Source of the DNA: Patescibacteria group bacterium
GTDB taxonomy: Bacteria > Patescibacteriota > Minisyncoccia > Phycocordibacterales > PALSA-1337
Length of the DNA: 64,000 nucleotides
Reading direction: 5' to 3'
Assembly: GCA_028865095.1 (NCBI GenBank)
Contig: JAGWLA010000004.1
Coordinates: 8,428-72,427 of the forward strand
Part shown: piece after piece, positions 1 to 9,846 of the stretch
Layout: each line of letters opens with the position of its first letter
Numbering within the stretch: the first letter of the stretch is position 1
Notes under the pieces: generated by a model
Database searches by the model: none
Told to the model about the DNA's origin: nothing
Seen by the model: the letters and a program-made list of their open reading frames with translations, nothing else
Program-made: the position numbers and the translations under genes

Positions 1-1756
1 CGCCGCAGAACTCCTTCGAATAGGCGGACTCGAGGCTGTCGCCGATATAGTAGACCGACACTTCGTCGCCGTATCTCTCGCCGAAGAAATGCCGGGCGCC
101 GGTCTTCTCGGCTTCGGCTCTCGGCAGGACGACGCGGCCGACCGGCAAAGCCTCGGCGATCTTCTCGTTGACGATGCCCTCGACGCGCTTCTTCTGATCG
201 TCGGTCAACTTCTGCCCCGTGAAGTCGAAGCGCAATCGCTCGGCGGTGATGTTCGATCCTTTCTGGTCGCCGGTCCCTTCGCCCAAGACGTCATGCAGGG
301 CTTGGTGCAGGAGATGGGTGGCGGTGTGATACCTCACGACCATCGGGTCGTCCGCGTCGGCCAGGCCCCCCTTGAACTTCTGCTCCGCGCCGGCGCGGGA
401 GAGGGATTGGTGATTTTTTACTAAGCCGTGAAAATTGGCCTCAAAATCCTTCTCATACTCCAGAGGCTTAGTGAACCGAGATATCTCTTTTATAAATTCA
501 AGAGGCAGTCCATAGGAGCTATAAAGCTTGAAAGCGATCTCTCCGGTCAGAACATGATTATTATGAAGGACTAGTTTGTTATACTCGTGAGTCCCTTCAG
601 CAAGCGCGATCTCGAATCTCGCGCACTCCTCGTTCAGGACTTTCTTGATCTCCTCAGACTTCTCGGCGAGATAGGGATACGATCCCTTATACGCATCCAC
701 GACGGCATCGACGAGCTTCCCGACCCTGGCCTCGTCGAGCTTCTTGTCCGTCGTATTCATGACCGCGCGGCGGATGAGGCGGCGGAGGACGTAGCCGCGG
801 TCGGTGTTCGACGGGACGACGCCGTCGGCGACGAGGAAGACGCTCGCGCGCAAGTGGTCGGCGACGATGCGCTTGTTCCGGACATCGTTGGGGGCCGCGG
901 CCATGAGGCTCATCAACGGCTTGAAGAGGTCGGTGTCGTATATGTTGTCGACGCCCTGCAAAGTCATGGTCAAACGCTCGAGGCCCGCGCCGGTATCGAC
1001 GGACGGCTTCGGTAATGGGCCGACGATCTTCCCGTCCTTCTTCTCATACTGCATGAAGACGTCGTTCCAGATCTCGATGACGTCGCGCTTGTCGTCGGCA
1101 TCGACGTATTCGGCATGCGAGACGATCGCGCCTTTGAAGCGGTCCGCGACGTCGTAGAACATCTCGGAATCGGGGCCGCACGGGCCGTTCTCGCCCGCTT
1201 CCCACCAGTTGTTCTCGGCGGGCAAGTAGAAGATGCGCCCGGCCTCGCCGTTCGACGTATCGCCGCCGGCGTCGATGCCGTGCCGCGCGAAGACGGCTTT
1301 CCAGATATTCGCGGCCTCGTCGTCGCGAGGCGCGTTCTCGTCTCCCTCGAAGACGGTGACGTACAGCCTCTTGGGGTCGAGGCCGAGGCCTTCTTCCTTC
1401 GATGTCAGGAATTCGAAGCTCCACTCGATCGCCTCTTTTTTGAAGTAGTCGCCCAGCGACCAGTTGCCGAGCATCTGGAAGAAGGTGTTATGCGTCTTGT
1501 CGCCCACGTCGTCGATGTCGACGGTGCGCAGGCATTTCTGCGAATCGACGAGGCGCGTCAGGGCTTTGCCATCCGCGCCGATATACGGCTGGCCGAGGAG
1601 ATACGGGATGAGCGGCTGCATGCCCGCCGTGTTGAAGAGCGTGGGATTGGTCACTCCCTTCTCGTCGGACGTGACGAGCGACGCCGACGGGATGATGGCG
1701 TGGCCGCGCTTCTCGAAGAACGCCAGGAAGCGCGAACGGATCTCTGCTGAGGTCAT
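1..1756 (-). CDS. alaS: Alanyl-tRNA synthetase, N-terminal ~585 aa; 3' end of gene lies beyond the left window edge, so it is absent from the ORF track (no in-window stop)
   Basis: Manual minus-strand translation from ATG at 1756: MTSAEIRSRFLAFFEKRGHAIIPSASLVTSDEK... and, at the window edge, ...GDSLESAYSKEFCGG (EFCGG(THV) is the class II AlaRS catalytic motif). Continuous frame with no stop down to position 1. Confidence 0.85.
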   Translation of the reverse strand, partial: MTSAEIRSRFLAFFEKRGHAIIPSASLVTSDEKGVTNPTLFNTAGMQPLIPYLLGQPYIGADGKALTRLVDSQKCLRTVDIDDVGDKTHNTFFQMLGNWSLGDYFKKEAIEWSFEFLTSKEEGLGLDPKRLYVTVFEGDENAPRDDEAANIWKAVFARHGIDAGGDTSNGEAGRIFYLPAENNWWEAGENGPCGPDSEMFYDVADRFKGAIVSHAEYVDADDKRDVIEIWNDVFMQYEKKDGKIVGPLPKPSVDTGAGLERLTMTLQGVDNIYDTDLFKPLMSLMAAAPNDVRNKRIVADHLRASVFLVADGVVPSNTDRGYVLRRLIRRAVMNTTDKKLDEARVGKLVDAVVDAYKGSYPYLAEKSEEIKKVLNEECARFEIALAEGTHEYNKLVLHNNHVLTGEIAFKLYSSYGLPLEFIKEISRFTKPLEYEKDFEANFHGLVKNHQSLSRAGAEQKFKGGLADADDPMVVRYHTATHLLHQALHDVLGEGTGDQKGSNITAERLRFDFTGQKLTDDQKKRVEGIVNEKIAEALPVGRVVLPRAEAEKTGARHFFGERYGDEVSVYYIGDSLESAYSKEFCG

Positions 1757-1779
1757 GCGGGAAATATAGCAGGTTCCGG

Positions 1780-3621
1780 CTATTTTTTCACGGCCTTCAG
1801 CCACTTCCGGTACCTCGTGTCCATGTCCTCGAACGACTTCGAGCTGTCGCATATCCGCTTCTTCCCGTCCATCATGACGATATGGCCGTCGAGGTCCACG
1901 GGCTTCTTGGAGAGCGGGACTCTCTTGAGGCGGGCGATCCGGGCTTTGGCGCGCGCCACGACCACCTCGCGGGAGGCGGTGACGCCCTTGATGTAGGCTT
2001 CGGGGCCGAGCTTCGCGCCGGTGGCCATCCGGACGAGCTTCTTGGCAGGATACAAGGACGCATACGACCAGATCCGGGCCAGCTCTTTCCCGACGCGCGG
2101 ATTATCGACGATATAGCCGTATCTCTTGAAGAAATGATCGCGCCACTGGGCGACGCCGAGCTCAGCCAGGCCGTAGCCGTGATAGTACGCGGAGCTCTCC
2201 CAGGAATAGATGTGCGGCAGGTTCAAGAGGGATATCGAATCTTCCGAGCGGTCCGCGTACCTCTTCGACAGCCGCGTGGCGATCTCGATCAGCTTCGCCC
2301 GGGTCAGCTTCCGGCATCCATAGACCTCTTTTTCGAAGAAGACGACCGAGATGATGCCCATCATGCCGAGCGGCCGCATGACGTGGGTGGCGGCGAGCTT
2401 GCGCTCGAAGAGGCTGAACGGGTACGGCTCGCCCTTCTCGTTGCGGGCGTAGCGGGAGCGCCACTCGATGCTGGAATACATGGTGTCCATGAACATGCTG
2501 TGGGTCTCGGCCCAGGAGACGGTCGAAGGCGGATATTCGGTGTTGATGCAGGCGTCCGGCTGCATGGAGTTCAGGCGGTCCGCGGCATGGCCGGCCTCAT
2601 GGAAGAGGACCTCGCCTTCGCGCATGCCGGCTCCGACCTGGCCGAGCACGGCGTTCGACGCCACGCCGCACGAAGCGGGGAGGCGCTTCCCGTCCTTGTA
2701 TCTGACGAGCACCGGGTAGTGGCAGAAGCCGTTATGGTGCTTCCCTTTCCGGTCGAGGAGGTCGAAGAGGACGGTGCCGCCCTTGAAGCCGACGCCGAGC
2801 GCGGCGAAGGACCTGCCCCAGCGGCCGAGCGCGTCCTCGAAGCGGAAGTACGGGTCCTCTTCTTTCGCGAAGTCGCCGGTCAAGTAGTAGCCGGTGTTCC
2901 AAGGCTTGCGCAAGCCCGGCTTCCCTTCCCGGGCCAGCTTCTTCTCCAGGGCGCGCACACCCTTGAAAGCGTAGCGGGTGCGGTCATATATCTTCTGGAA
3001 TATCGAGAAGAGCTCCTTCTTGGACATGTTCTCGTCGATGCGGGCCTTGTATTCGTAGAAATCGGCATAGCCGAGGGCGCGGGCATATTCGTTGCGCAGG
3101 CCTACGGCCTCGATGTAATCGTCGATGACGTCGTACGGCAGCTTCTCGAGGGCGTCGAAGCAGGCTTTGCGCACCCGCTCGTCGGGGTCGGTGCGCATGA
3201 TGAAGCGCATCCGGTTCTGGGAGGCGGGCACGAAGCGCTTCGTCGCCGGGTCGCGGTAGCCTTCTTTGCGCGACGTCTGGATGCGCATGATCTTGGCGTC
3301 GAGGGCGACGGCTTTTGCCTTGATGGCGGCGGCATGGGCGGGCGCCTGATAGAGGCTGAAGAAATGCGACCAGAGCTCGAGCCGCCTGCGGATCGGGCCC
3401 GCCGCCGCAGCGATGAGCGCATCGGTCTCCGCTTTGAGCTTCGGGTCCGACCGGAAAGCGTCGCGCGCCGCCTGCGCCTCATTCATGCGCTCGTCGACGC
3501 CGTGGTCGCCCATGTATGACGTCCAGAAATAGCTCTCGTATGCCTTGTGGAGCTTGGCATACTCGGCGTTGAGGCGGTCGAGATGCGCCTCTGCCTGTCT
3601 GTGAGATGCCCCCTTCTTCAT
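1780..3621 (-). CDS. pepF: M3 family oligoendopeptidase (PepF-like)
   Basis: 613-aa ORF with zinc-metallopeptidase HEXXH (HEAGHA) and overall M3B-like length/organisation. Confidence 0.8.
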   Translation of the reverse strand: MKKGASHRQAEAHLDRLNAEYAKLHKAYESYFWTSYMGDHGVDERMNEAQAARDAFRSDPKLKAETDALIAAAAGPIRRRLELWSHFFSLYQAPAHAAAIKAKAVALDAKIMRIQTSRKEGYRDPATKRFVPASQNRMRFIMRTDPDERVRKACFDALEKLPYDVIDDYIEAVGLRNEYARALGYADFYEYKARIDENMSKKELFSIFQKIYDRTRYAFKGVRALEKKLAREGKPGLRKPWNTGYYLTGDFAKEEDPYFRFEDALGRWGRSFAALGVGFKGGTVLFDLLDRKGKHHNGFCHYPVLVRYKDGKRLPASCGVASNAVLGQVGAGMREGEVLFHEAGHAADRLNSMQPDACINTEYPPSTVSWAETHSMFMDTMYSSIEWRSRYARNEKGEPYPFSLFERKLAATHVMRPLGMMGIISVVFFEKEVYGCRKLTRAKLIEIATRLSKRYADRSEDSISLLNLPHIYSWESSAYYHGYGLAELGVAQWRDHFFKRYGYIVDNPRVGKELARIWSYASLYPAKKLVRMATGAKLGPEAYIKGVTASREVVVARAKARIARLKRVPLSKKPVDLDGHIVMMDGKKRICDSSKSFEDMDTRYRKWLKAVKK

Positions 3622-3630
3622 CGCACCATC

Positions 3631-4245
3631 CTACACGAACTTCTTCAATATCTCAAAATCCTGCTTATGCGTCCCGCGCATGCCGCCGTTGTAGAGGGCG
3701 CTCGCCGGGTGGTAGAGGGCGACGACCGTCAGCGGCTGCGGCTCGTTGTTCTCGTCGATGAAGGTGGTCTCGAAAGACTTGCCGTGGATGCGGCTGATGG
3801 GCTCGAGCTCCAGGTCGAGGTCGTAGCGCCGCATGACGTAGCCCATGCTGTGGCGGCCAAGGGTGGCGATGACGCGGGGCTTGATGATCTTGACCTGCCG
3901 GTCGAGGAACGGCGAATAGAGGGCGATCTCTTCCGGCGTAGGGTCGCGGTTCTCCGGCGGGCGGTCTTTGACGATGTTGGTGATATAGACCTGCTCGCGC
4001 TTCAAGCCGATGCCCTCGATGAGCTCGGTCAGGAATGTCCCGGCGGCGCCGCAGAACGGGCGGCCGGTCTTGGCTTCGTTCTGGCCGGGCGCCTCGCCGA
4101 CGAACATGATCGTGGCGTCGTGGCTGCCCTCGCCGACCACCGGAAGGTAGCCGTTGGCTGTCCGGTACTCGTAAAGCGGCGAGTGGCTGAAAGCCAGCAG
4201 CTCGTCGCGTATCCGCTTCAGGGCGTCGTATTTGGAGGGGTTCAT
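3631..4245 (-). CDS. Uracil-DNA glycosylase, family 4
   Basis: 204 aa; motifs GEAPGQNE and GRPFCGAAG typical of family-4 (thermostable-type) UDG. Confidence 0.8.
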   Translation of the reverse strand: MNPSKYDALKRIRDELLAFSHSPLYEYRTANGYLPVVGEGSHDATIMFVGEAPGQNEAKTGRPFCGAAGTFLTELIEGIGLKREQVYITNIVKDRPPENRDPTPEEIALYSPFLDRQVKIIKPRVIATLGRHSMGYVMRRYDLDLELEPISRIHGKSFETTFIDENNEPQPLTVVALYHPASALYNGGMRGTHKQDFEILKKFV

Positions 4246-4305
4246 GCGGCTATTCTAGCCAATCTCGCCTTCTCGTGCTAGCGTATGCGCCAGGAGTTAA
4301 AAACT

Positions 4306-4914
4306 ATGAAAGCTGTGATATATGACTTCGACGGGACGCTCTGCGACAGCATCCCATGCTCATTCCAAGCGACGCAAAGCGTCTTTAAGGCGTTCGGGAT
4401 CGACCCGCCTCCTTTCGAGACGTACGTCAGGGCGTTCGGACCGCCGTATGCTCAGTACTATTGGGAGAACGGCCTTCCGACGAGCGTATCTGAAAGCGAG
4501 ATCTGGGAGGCATATCTTCCCAGAGCGCGGCTCGACCAAGCCCGGCTCTTCCCCGATGCCATCAGGTCGGTCGGCCTTCAGAAGAGGGCGGGATATCGTC
4601 TCGGCCTCGTCACCGGCAGGGCCGCCATGAAATTGCGGCGGGCGATGAACAGGCACGATTGCTGGCATCTCTTCGATTGCATCGTGTCGGAAACCACGCC
4701 GGACAAGACGCGAGCATTCGGTTGCGCATGCGCTGCCCTCGGCATATCGCCCTCCGATGCATACTCTGTCGGCGACCTTGCGAGCGACATGCGCGACAGC
4801 GCCAAGTCGGGCCTCGTGCCGATAGGCATCGTCAGGCACGGGCATGACGTGTCCGATATCCTGTTCGAAGCGGGCGCATCCAGGGTCATCCAGAAGCTTT
4901 CCGAGCTATTGTGA
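4306..4914 (+). CDS. HAD-superfamily hydrolase (phosphatase-like)
   Basis: MKAVIYDFDGTLCDS (HAD motif I DxDGT). AGGAG 8 nt upstream of this ATG; the track start at 4285 would include the RBS. Confidence 0.75.
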   Translation: MKAVIYDFDGTLCDSIPCSFQATQSVFKAFGIDPPPFETYVRAFGPPYAQYYWENGLPTSVSESEIWEAYLPRARLDQARLFPDAIRSVGLQKRAGYRLGLVTGRAAMKLRRAMNRHDCWHLFDCIVSETTPDKTRAFGCACAALGISPSDAYSVGDLASDMRDSAKSGLVPIGIVRHGHDVSDILFEAGASRVIQKLSELL

Positions 4915-4975
4915 CTTCCCAGAGGAGCTTATCGCAGCCCCAGACATCTCCGCCGCCGGATACCCGCGCGGCTTT

Positions 4976-5596
4976 TTACTTGTCTGACGGCTTGGTCTTC
5001 TTCTTTCCCCCGTTCCTGTTGACCCACCAGTCGTCGTTCTTGTTGTTGAACCACCAATCGTCGGATTCGGTGTCCAGTATCACCTCTGCGAGCTTTTGGG
5101 CGATGCCTGTCTTGAGCCTTTTGACCGCCGAATCGAACCATGTGCGGGCTCTGGTGTTGCCGAGGTCGTATTGCTCCTTGAGCGATATCAGCCATTCGAG
5201 CTGGTCGGCGTCCTTGGCGAGCTTCGCTTCATCCGAGGCCCGCTCTTCATACTCGTCGAGGGTCGTCTCGATGTCTTTCCCGAAAGGGACCTTGCTGGCG
5301 AGATCGTGGACCGCCTGGTCTTCGGCGACGGTCACGTATTTCTGGTGGACGTAGTTGAGATCAGAGGTCCTGCCCTCGGCGAGGTCGTGAAGCATGCACA
5401 TCTTCATGACTTTGAGGACGTCGACGCCGTCTTCCATCGAGGCGAGGATATAGCCGATGATGACCACCCTATTGGTATGCTCGGCGACGGTCTGGTCGCC
5501 GGTCCCGAGAAAATGGAAGCCGCTGCGGGGCGTCTTGGCGAGGATCCCCGCTTCGTAGATGAGATTGGCGATGCCCTTGAAATCCTTGTCTTTCAT
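4976..5596 (-). CDS. HD-domain phosphohydrolase (YfbR-like 5'-deoxynucleotidase family)
   Basis: 206 aa; H...HD...D signature (EHTNRV...MLHDLAEGRTSD). Directly downstream of the ATP-cone nuclease gene on the same strand. Confidence 0.7.
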   Translation of the reverse strand: MKDKDFKGIANLIYEAGILAKTPRSGFHFLGTGDQTVAEHTNRVVIIGYILASMEDGVDVLKVMKMCMLHDLAEGRTSDLNYVHQKYVTVAEDQAVHDLASKVPFGKDIETTLDEYEERASDEAKLAKDADQLEWLISLKEQYDLGNTRARTWFDSAVKRLKTGIAQKLAEVILDTESDDWWFNNKNDDWWVNRNGGKKKTKPSDK

Positions 5597-5617
5597 GCTA
5601 GCGATGCGGCCACTATA

Positions 5618-6463
5618 TCACTTCCCCTGCTCGATGACCATCTGGGTCTCGGCCAGGACCCGCTCCTTGGCGTCGCCGGCGACGCCGATCTGGTCGAGGA
5701 TGGCGGGGTCGCCGATGACGTCGATGCAGACGAGGACGCCGCGGCCGACGAGGTCGCGCTTCTGGGCGCGGGTGAGCGACGTCAGGGCGGTCACCGGATG
5801 GAGGCCGTTCCGCTCGATGATCTCGTGGAGGTTGCCATGGGCCGGGTAGTTCCAGCCGACCATCTTCAAGCCTTTGCATTCGCCGTAGCGGATGGCCATC
5901 TCGCTGAATTTGGTGTTGGTGACCAGCCAGAACTCGTCGAAGCGCCTTTTGACGCCCCCGTAATCGAGCAGCGCGCCCGACAGGTCTTCGCGCCGGGCTT
6001 GGATGTACAAGGCCACTTTCGCGTCCGATTTCAAGTCGAATTCGTTGTGGTATTTGGCTTCGACCAGGACGAGCTTGTCCGCCTTCCAGGCGACCACGTC
6101 CACTTCGTGCGATATGCACGAGCCCATGAGGGTCTGGTCGGTCAAGGCCTCATAGCCCCAGAGCTTGAATATCCGGGCCACGAAGCGCTCGAACGGGAAT
6201 CCGTCGGGGCCGAGCTCCATCATGGCCCGGCGGATGGAATATTTGACCGCCGCGCCGCGGTGATGCTTGGAGAGGAGGGCGAAAGCGCGGCCGTATATGT
6301 CCGCGGTGGTCATGCCGTCCTTCATGCCGCGCTCGACGTCGCCGACGATCTCTGCCACGGCGCTGTCGGCGGCGCCGACTTTGCGCAGCGACGCCGCCAG
6401 CTTCTCTTCCTGGAAGGGCTGCCGGGTGCCGTCGGACTTGGTGATGGTGAGCGGCGCGCTCAT
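5618..6463 (-). CDS. ATP-cone domain fused to Mrr-like (PD-(D/E)xK) restriction-endonuclease domain
   Basis: N-terminus LTITKSDGTRQPFQEEKLAASLRKVGA matches the ATP-cone (NrdR/RNR allosteric domain) consensus; C-terminal half has HEVDVVAW...LVLVEAKYH (D...EAK PD-(D/E)xK core). Start placed at the internal ATG (6463), 8 nt after the mnmA stop; the track start at 6529 overlaps mnmA. Confidence 0.7.
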   Translation of the reverse strand: MSAPLTITKSDGTRQPFQEEKLAASLRKVGAADSAVAEIVGDVERGMKDGMTTADIYGRAFALLSKHHRGAAVKYSIRRAMMELGPDGFPFERFVARIFKLWGYEALTDQTLMGSCISHEVDVVAWKADKLVLVEAKYHNEFDLKSDAKVALYIQARREDLSGALLDYGGVKRRFDEFWLVTNTKFSEMAIRYGECKGLKMVGWNYPAHGNLHEIIERNGLHPVTALTSLTRAQKRDLVGRGVLVCIDVIGDPAILDQIGVAGDAKERVLAETQMVIEQGK

Positions 6464-6470
6464 GCAAGGA

Positions 6471-7586
6471 TTATAGCACGCCCCCTTCGATGATCCCTCC
6501 GCCGAGGCATTCCCGCCCCGTCTCGTCATATATGACGAGCGATTGGCCCGGCGTCAGCGAATCTTGCGGCGCTTCGAACTCGAACGAGGCGGTCCCTGCC
6601 CCGATCGAGGCCGCCGTCGCCGGCGCGAGCGGGGCTCGATAGCGGGCGCGCGCCCTGAGCTTCCGGCCGGCCTCCGGCGCCCCCGAGATCCAGTTCGTGC
6701 CGGAGACGCGCACGGACAAGGCCCCTCCGGGAAGCGCCCCTCCGGCGTCCTTGGCTGCGACGGTCAGGGTGTTCGCGGCGATGTCCTTGGCGACGACATA
6801 GAGCGGCGCGCCGTCCGGCGTCTTATGCGCCCGGTCGATGTCGAAGCCGTGGCGCTCTCCCATGGTGAAGAAAAGGGCTCCGGGGTGGGTGCCGATCCGC
6901 TGCCCCTTCATGTCGAGGACTGCCCCGGGCCTGGTAGAGGGATCGTCTCCGGCCGCCCGCGCCAGGAACTCCTTCAGGTCCACTTTGCCGATGAAGCAGA
7001 GGCCCTGGCTGTCCTTCTTGGCGGCGTTGGGCAGGCCGAGCTTCCGGGCCAGGGCCCGCACCTCTGGCTTGGGCATGCCGCCGACCGGGAAGAGCGCGTG
7101 GGCGAGGCTGTCGCCTGTCAGCGTCCAGAGGAAGTAGGTCTGGTCCTTGTCCGCGTCCGCGGAGACGAGCAGCCGGCCGCCCTCGGACCGGGCATAATGC
7201 CCGGTGGCGATGAGGCTCGCGCCCTGGGCCGCGGCCCATTCCCGGAAAGCGCCGAACTTCACTTCGCGGTTGCACATGACGTCGGGGTTCGGGGTGCGCC
7301 CGGCGCGATACTCGGCGATCATGCGGTCGATGACGCCCTGCTTGTATTCGGCGGCGAGGTCGGCGGTGAGGAACGGGATGCCGAGATGGGCGGCCGCGCG
7401 CATGGCGTCGAGCCGCTCGTCGCGCCAGGAGCATTCCAGCCACTCGGGCTGCCAGACCTTGATGAAAGCGCCGACGACGTCGTAGCCGGCGCGCTTCAAG
7501 AGGGCCGCGGAGACGGAGCTGTCGACGCCGCCGGACATGCCGACGACGACCCGCGCCCCTTTAGAGATATTTCGACTTGTTGGCAT
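6471..7586 (-). CDS. mnmA: tRNA-specific 2-thiouridylase MnmA
   Basis: VVVGMSGGVDSSV PP-loop, conserved Cys residues, typical length 371 aa. Confidence 0.9.
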   Translation of the reverse strand: MPTSRNISKGARVVVGMSGGVDSSVSAALLKRAGYDVVGAFIKVWQPEWLECSWRDERLDAMRAAAHLGIPFLTADLAAEYKQGVIDRMIAEYRAGRTPNPDVMCNREVKFGAFREWAAAQGASLIATGHYARSEGGRLLVSADADKDQTYFLWTLTGDSLAHALFPVGGMPKPEVRALARKLGLPNAAKKDSQGLCFIGKVDLKEFLARAAGDDPSTRPGAVLDMKGQRIGTHPGALFFTMGERHGFDIDRAHKTPDGAPLYVVAKDIAANTLTVAAKDAGGALPGGALSVRVSGTNWISGAPEAGRKLRARARYRAPLAPATAASIGAGTASFEFEAPQDSLTPGQSLVIYDETGRECLGGGIIEGGVL

Positions 7587-8514
7587 TGTGCTGGTCGAGC
7601 GTCTGGGCGTAATGCATGGCGCCGTCCTTTCCGGAAAGATAATAGAGATAGGAAGTCTTGGTCGGCGTCACCGTGTCGACGATGGCGTCCAGCCCGGGAT
7701 TGTCGATAGGAGTGGGCGGCAAGCCTGCGTGGGCATAGAGATTGTACGGAGAGCTGGTGGCGAGGTCGGCGGCGGTGAGCTGGGAGGAGGATTTCCCTTC
7801 GAGGTAGAAGAACGGCGGGTCGACCTGCAGTGGCATGCCGATGGAGAGGCGGTTCCAGAGGATGCCCGCGATGATGCGCCGGTCGGTGCTGGACGCCGCT
7901 TCCCGCTCGACGATGGAGGCCATGGCGATGACGTCGCTCCGGCTCTTGCCGAAAGCTGCGATCCGGGAGGCGACGCCGGCGATCTTGTCCTCGAATTCGG
8001 CCCGCATATCGGCGATGACCTGGCTGGGCTGGACATTCACGGGCCAGAAATAGGTGTCCGGAAAGAGCGTCCCTTCGTACTTCTCGGCTTGGGCGTCGAA
8101 GCCGGCAGCGTCGAAGCCGGGGATGCTGCGCGACAGGATGGCGCCGATCTGGGCGACATTCGACCCTTCGGGGATGGTCGTCTTGACCAGCGGGAAGCCT
8201 TCGATGCCGTGGACCATGCGGTATGCGATCCAGAGCGACGATTGCGGGCCGTCGAAGGCGTACTGCCCGCTCTTCAGGCCGGTGGTGCCGTCGAGCAAAG
8301 TGGCGTATATCCTGAAGAGCAGGCGCGACTTGATGAGCCTTTTGGACGACAAGAGGTCCGCCGCCTGGCTCAAAGTGGCGCCTTTCTCGATGGTGACGGC
8401 CGTTCCCGCCGGGAAGCCGGCCGGCGGCGTCGAATAGGCGGCGACGGCGCATATGCCGGCGATGCCCAGGATGGCGGCCGCCGATATCGCTATCATTGAT
8501 GCGCGTCTGGTCAT
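7561..8514 (-). CDS. mltG: Endolytic murein transglycosylase MltG (YceG family)
   Basis: N-terminal TM anchor plus YceG-like domain; 317 aa; 26-nt overlap with the mnmA start. Confidence 0.8.
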   Translation of the reverse strand: MTRRASMIAISAAAILGIAGICAVAAYSTPPAGFPAGTAVTIEKGATLSQAADLLSSKRLIKSRLLFRIYATLLDGTTGLKSGQYAFDGPQSSLWIAYRMVHGIEGFPLVKTTIPEGSNVAQIGAILSRSIPGFDAAGFDAQAEKYEGTLFPDTYFWPVNVQPSQVIADMRAEFEDKIAGVASRIAAFGKSRSDVIAMASIVEREAASSTDRRIIAGILWNRLSIGMPLQVDPPFFYLEGKSSSQLTAADLATSSPYNLYAHAGLPPTPIDNPGLDAIVDTVTPTKTSYLYYLSGKDGAMHYAQTLDQHNANKSKYL

Positions 8515-8526
8515 ATCGGGAAAAGG

Positions 8527-9801
8527 CTATACGGGCAGGTTCGTAGGAGCTTCCGCTTTCTTCGACGGCACGCGCTGCAGGCCGGGCGTGGCGGCGACGG
8601 AGCCGGGCAGATGGTATATGGTGGCGAGGGCCTCGGTGTTCAGCACGAAGGTCTTGCCTTTATAGGGAGGATAGAAGACCGAGCGCCTGCGGTAGGCCTT
8701 GAGGAACTTCTTGATCAAGTAATTGCGGCGCGTGTTCTTGTAGTCCTGCCACGGATAGTCGAACTGCTGGGTCCACTTGTCGCCGTTCGGCCGGAAGCCG
8801 TTCAGGTGCTCGGTATTGAATTGCTTCAGGCTCGAGATGAGGCCTCCGATGCCGAACGGGGTGTCGAACGATTTGCGCGGCGCCGCATACAGCGCCCTCA
8901 CGGCCACGTCGAACGGCAGCTTCATCAGGCTGCGCTCGATGGCGGCCACGGTCTCGGTCTCGCCTTTGGTGAAAGTCGGCACCAGGGCGAAAGTGCTTCC
9001 TTTGGGGGTGGCTCCCGCCACCTTGGTCTTGGCGTCGCGCAGAAGGGTCTCGTTGACGATCTTGGTCGCTTTGTCCTTCCAGAGGTCGGTCTTCTTCCAT
9101 AGGTGGCCGGGCTTCTTCTGCTCGCCTTTATGGGCCCTGACCACGAATTGGAACCAGGCCTGCTCGTTAGGGCGGAGGCTGCCGAGCCACTCGATCATGT
9201 GCACCAGCGGGTCGACCTTGTATTCCTCCTTGGGGTCTTTGTCGAGACCGTAGTCGACATAGGTCTTGATGGGGTAAGCGTCCTCCTTGTTGAGCTTGAA
9301 TTCCATGCAATGGACCTTCATGGTCGCAGGGTCGTATTGGTAGTCCGTAGCGTAATCGGGCCGCTCGGAGATCTCGATGCCCGGATACTGGGAATAGAGC
9401 GCCGACATGAGGTTGTTCTTGCGGCGGTCTTCGGTCCATATCATGAACTTGACGTTGCCCTCGATGGATATGATCTCGAGCGAGTACCACGGCCGGGTCT
9501 CGCCTTTCCAGTATTGGGAGTAATTGCTGCCGTCCGACGTGTTATGGATGGAGACGAGGACGGTCTCCATGGCCAGCGGGGATTTGAAGGTGTCCTTGGG
9601 CAGCTTGAGCTCGAGTATCGTGTATTTCAGCCCGAGGAACTGCTTGAGGCGCACGTAGCGCATCCAGACATCCCAGAAGAGGACGCCGAGGGCCGCGCAC
9701 AGGCCGATGGGAGAGAGGAGCACCACGTAATGGGCGGCCAGCGGCCACAGCGACGAGTGGAACTGCTCCGTGAGCGTAGCGACGATCGTATCGTACGTCA
9801 T
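8527..9801 (-). CDS. Hypothetical membrane-anchored protein (N-terminal TM segments, lineage-specific)
   Basis: 424-aa ORF with coding-like composition and hydrophobic N-terminus; no family recognised. Confidence 0.55.
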   Translation of the reverse strand: MTYDTIVATLTEQFHSSLWPLAAHYVVLLSPIGLCAALGVLFWDVWMRYVRLKQFLGLKYTILELKLPKDTFKSPLAMETVLVSIHNTSDGSNYSQYWKGETRPWYSLEIISIEGNVKFMIWTEDRRKNNLMSALYSQYPGIEISERPDYATDYQYDPATMKVHCMEFKLNKEDAYPIKTYVDYGLDKDPKEEYKVDPLVHMIEWLGSLRPNEQAWFQFVVRAHKGEQKKPGHLWKKTDLWKDKATKIVNETLLRDAKTKVAGATPKGSTFALVPTFTKGETETVAAIERSLMKLPFDVAVRALYAAPRKSFDTPFGIGGLISSLKQFNTEHLNGFRPNGDKWTQQFDYPWQDYKNTRRNYLIKKFLKAYRRRSVFYPPYKGKTFVLNTEALATIYHLPGSVAATPGLQRVPSKKAEAPTNLPV

Positions 9802-9846
9802 ATGCGCTCTAGTATAGCAAAACGGCGGCTATCGTGCCGCCGTCTC

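Noticed and set aside
1882-3519. Long plus-strand ORFs in the six-frame track (e.g. 1882..3519, 5096..6493, 9103..11205, 13134..14093, 15035..16396, 16311..18080, 22712..24178, 24792..26138, 32058..34748, 35474..37075, 43005..43532, 58911..61373, 61634..62662)
   Set aside because: They run antisense to, and are fully nested in, well-supported minus-strand genes. They have Arg/Ala/Gly/Pro-rich low-complexity translations typical of GC-rich antisense frames and no recognisable domains.
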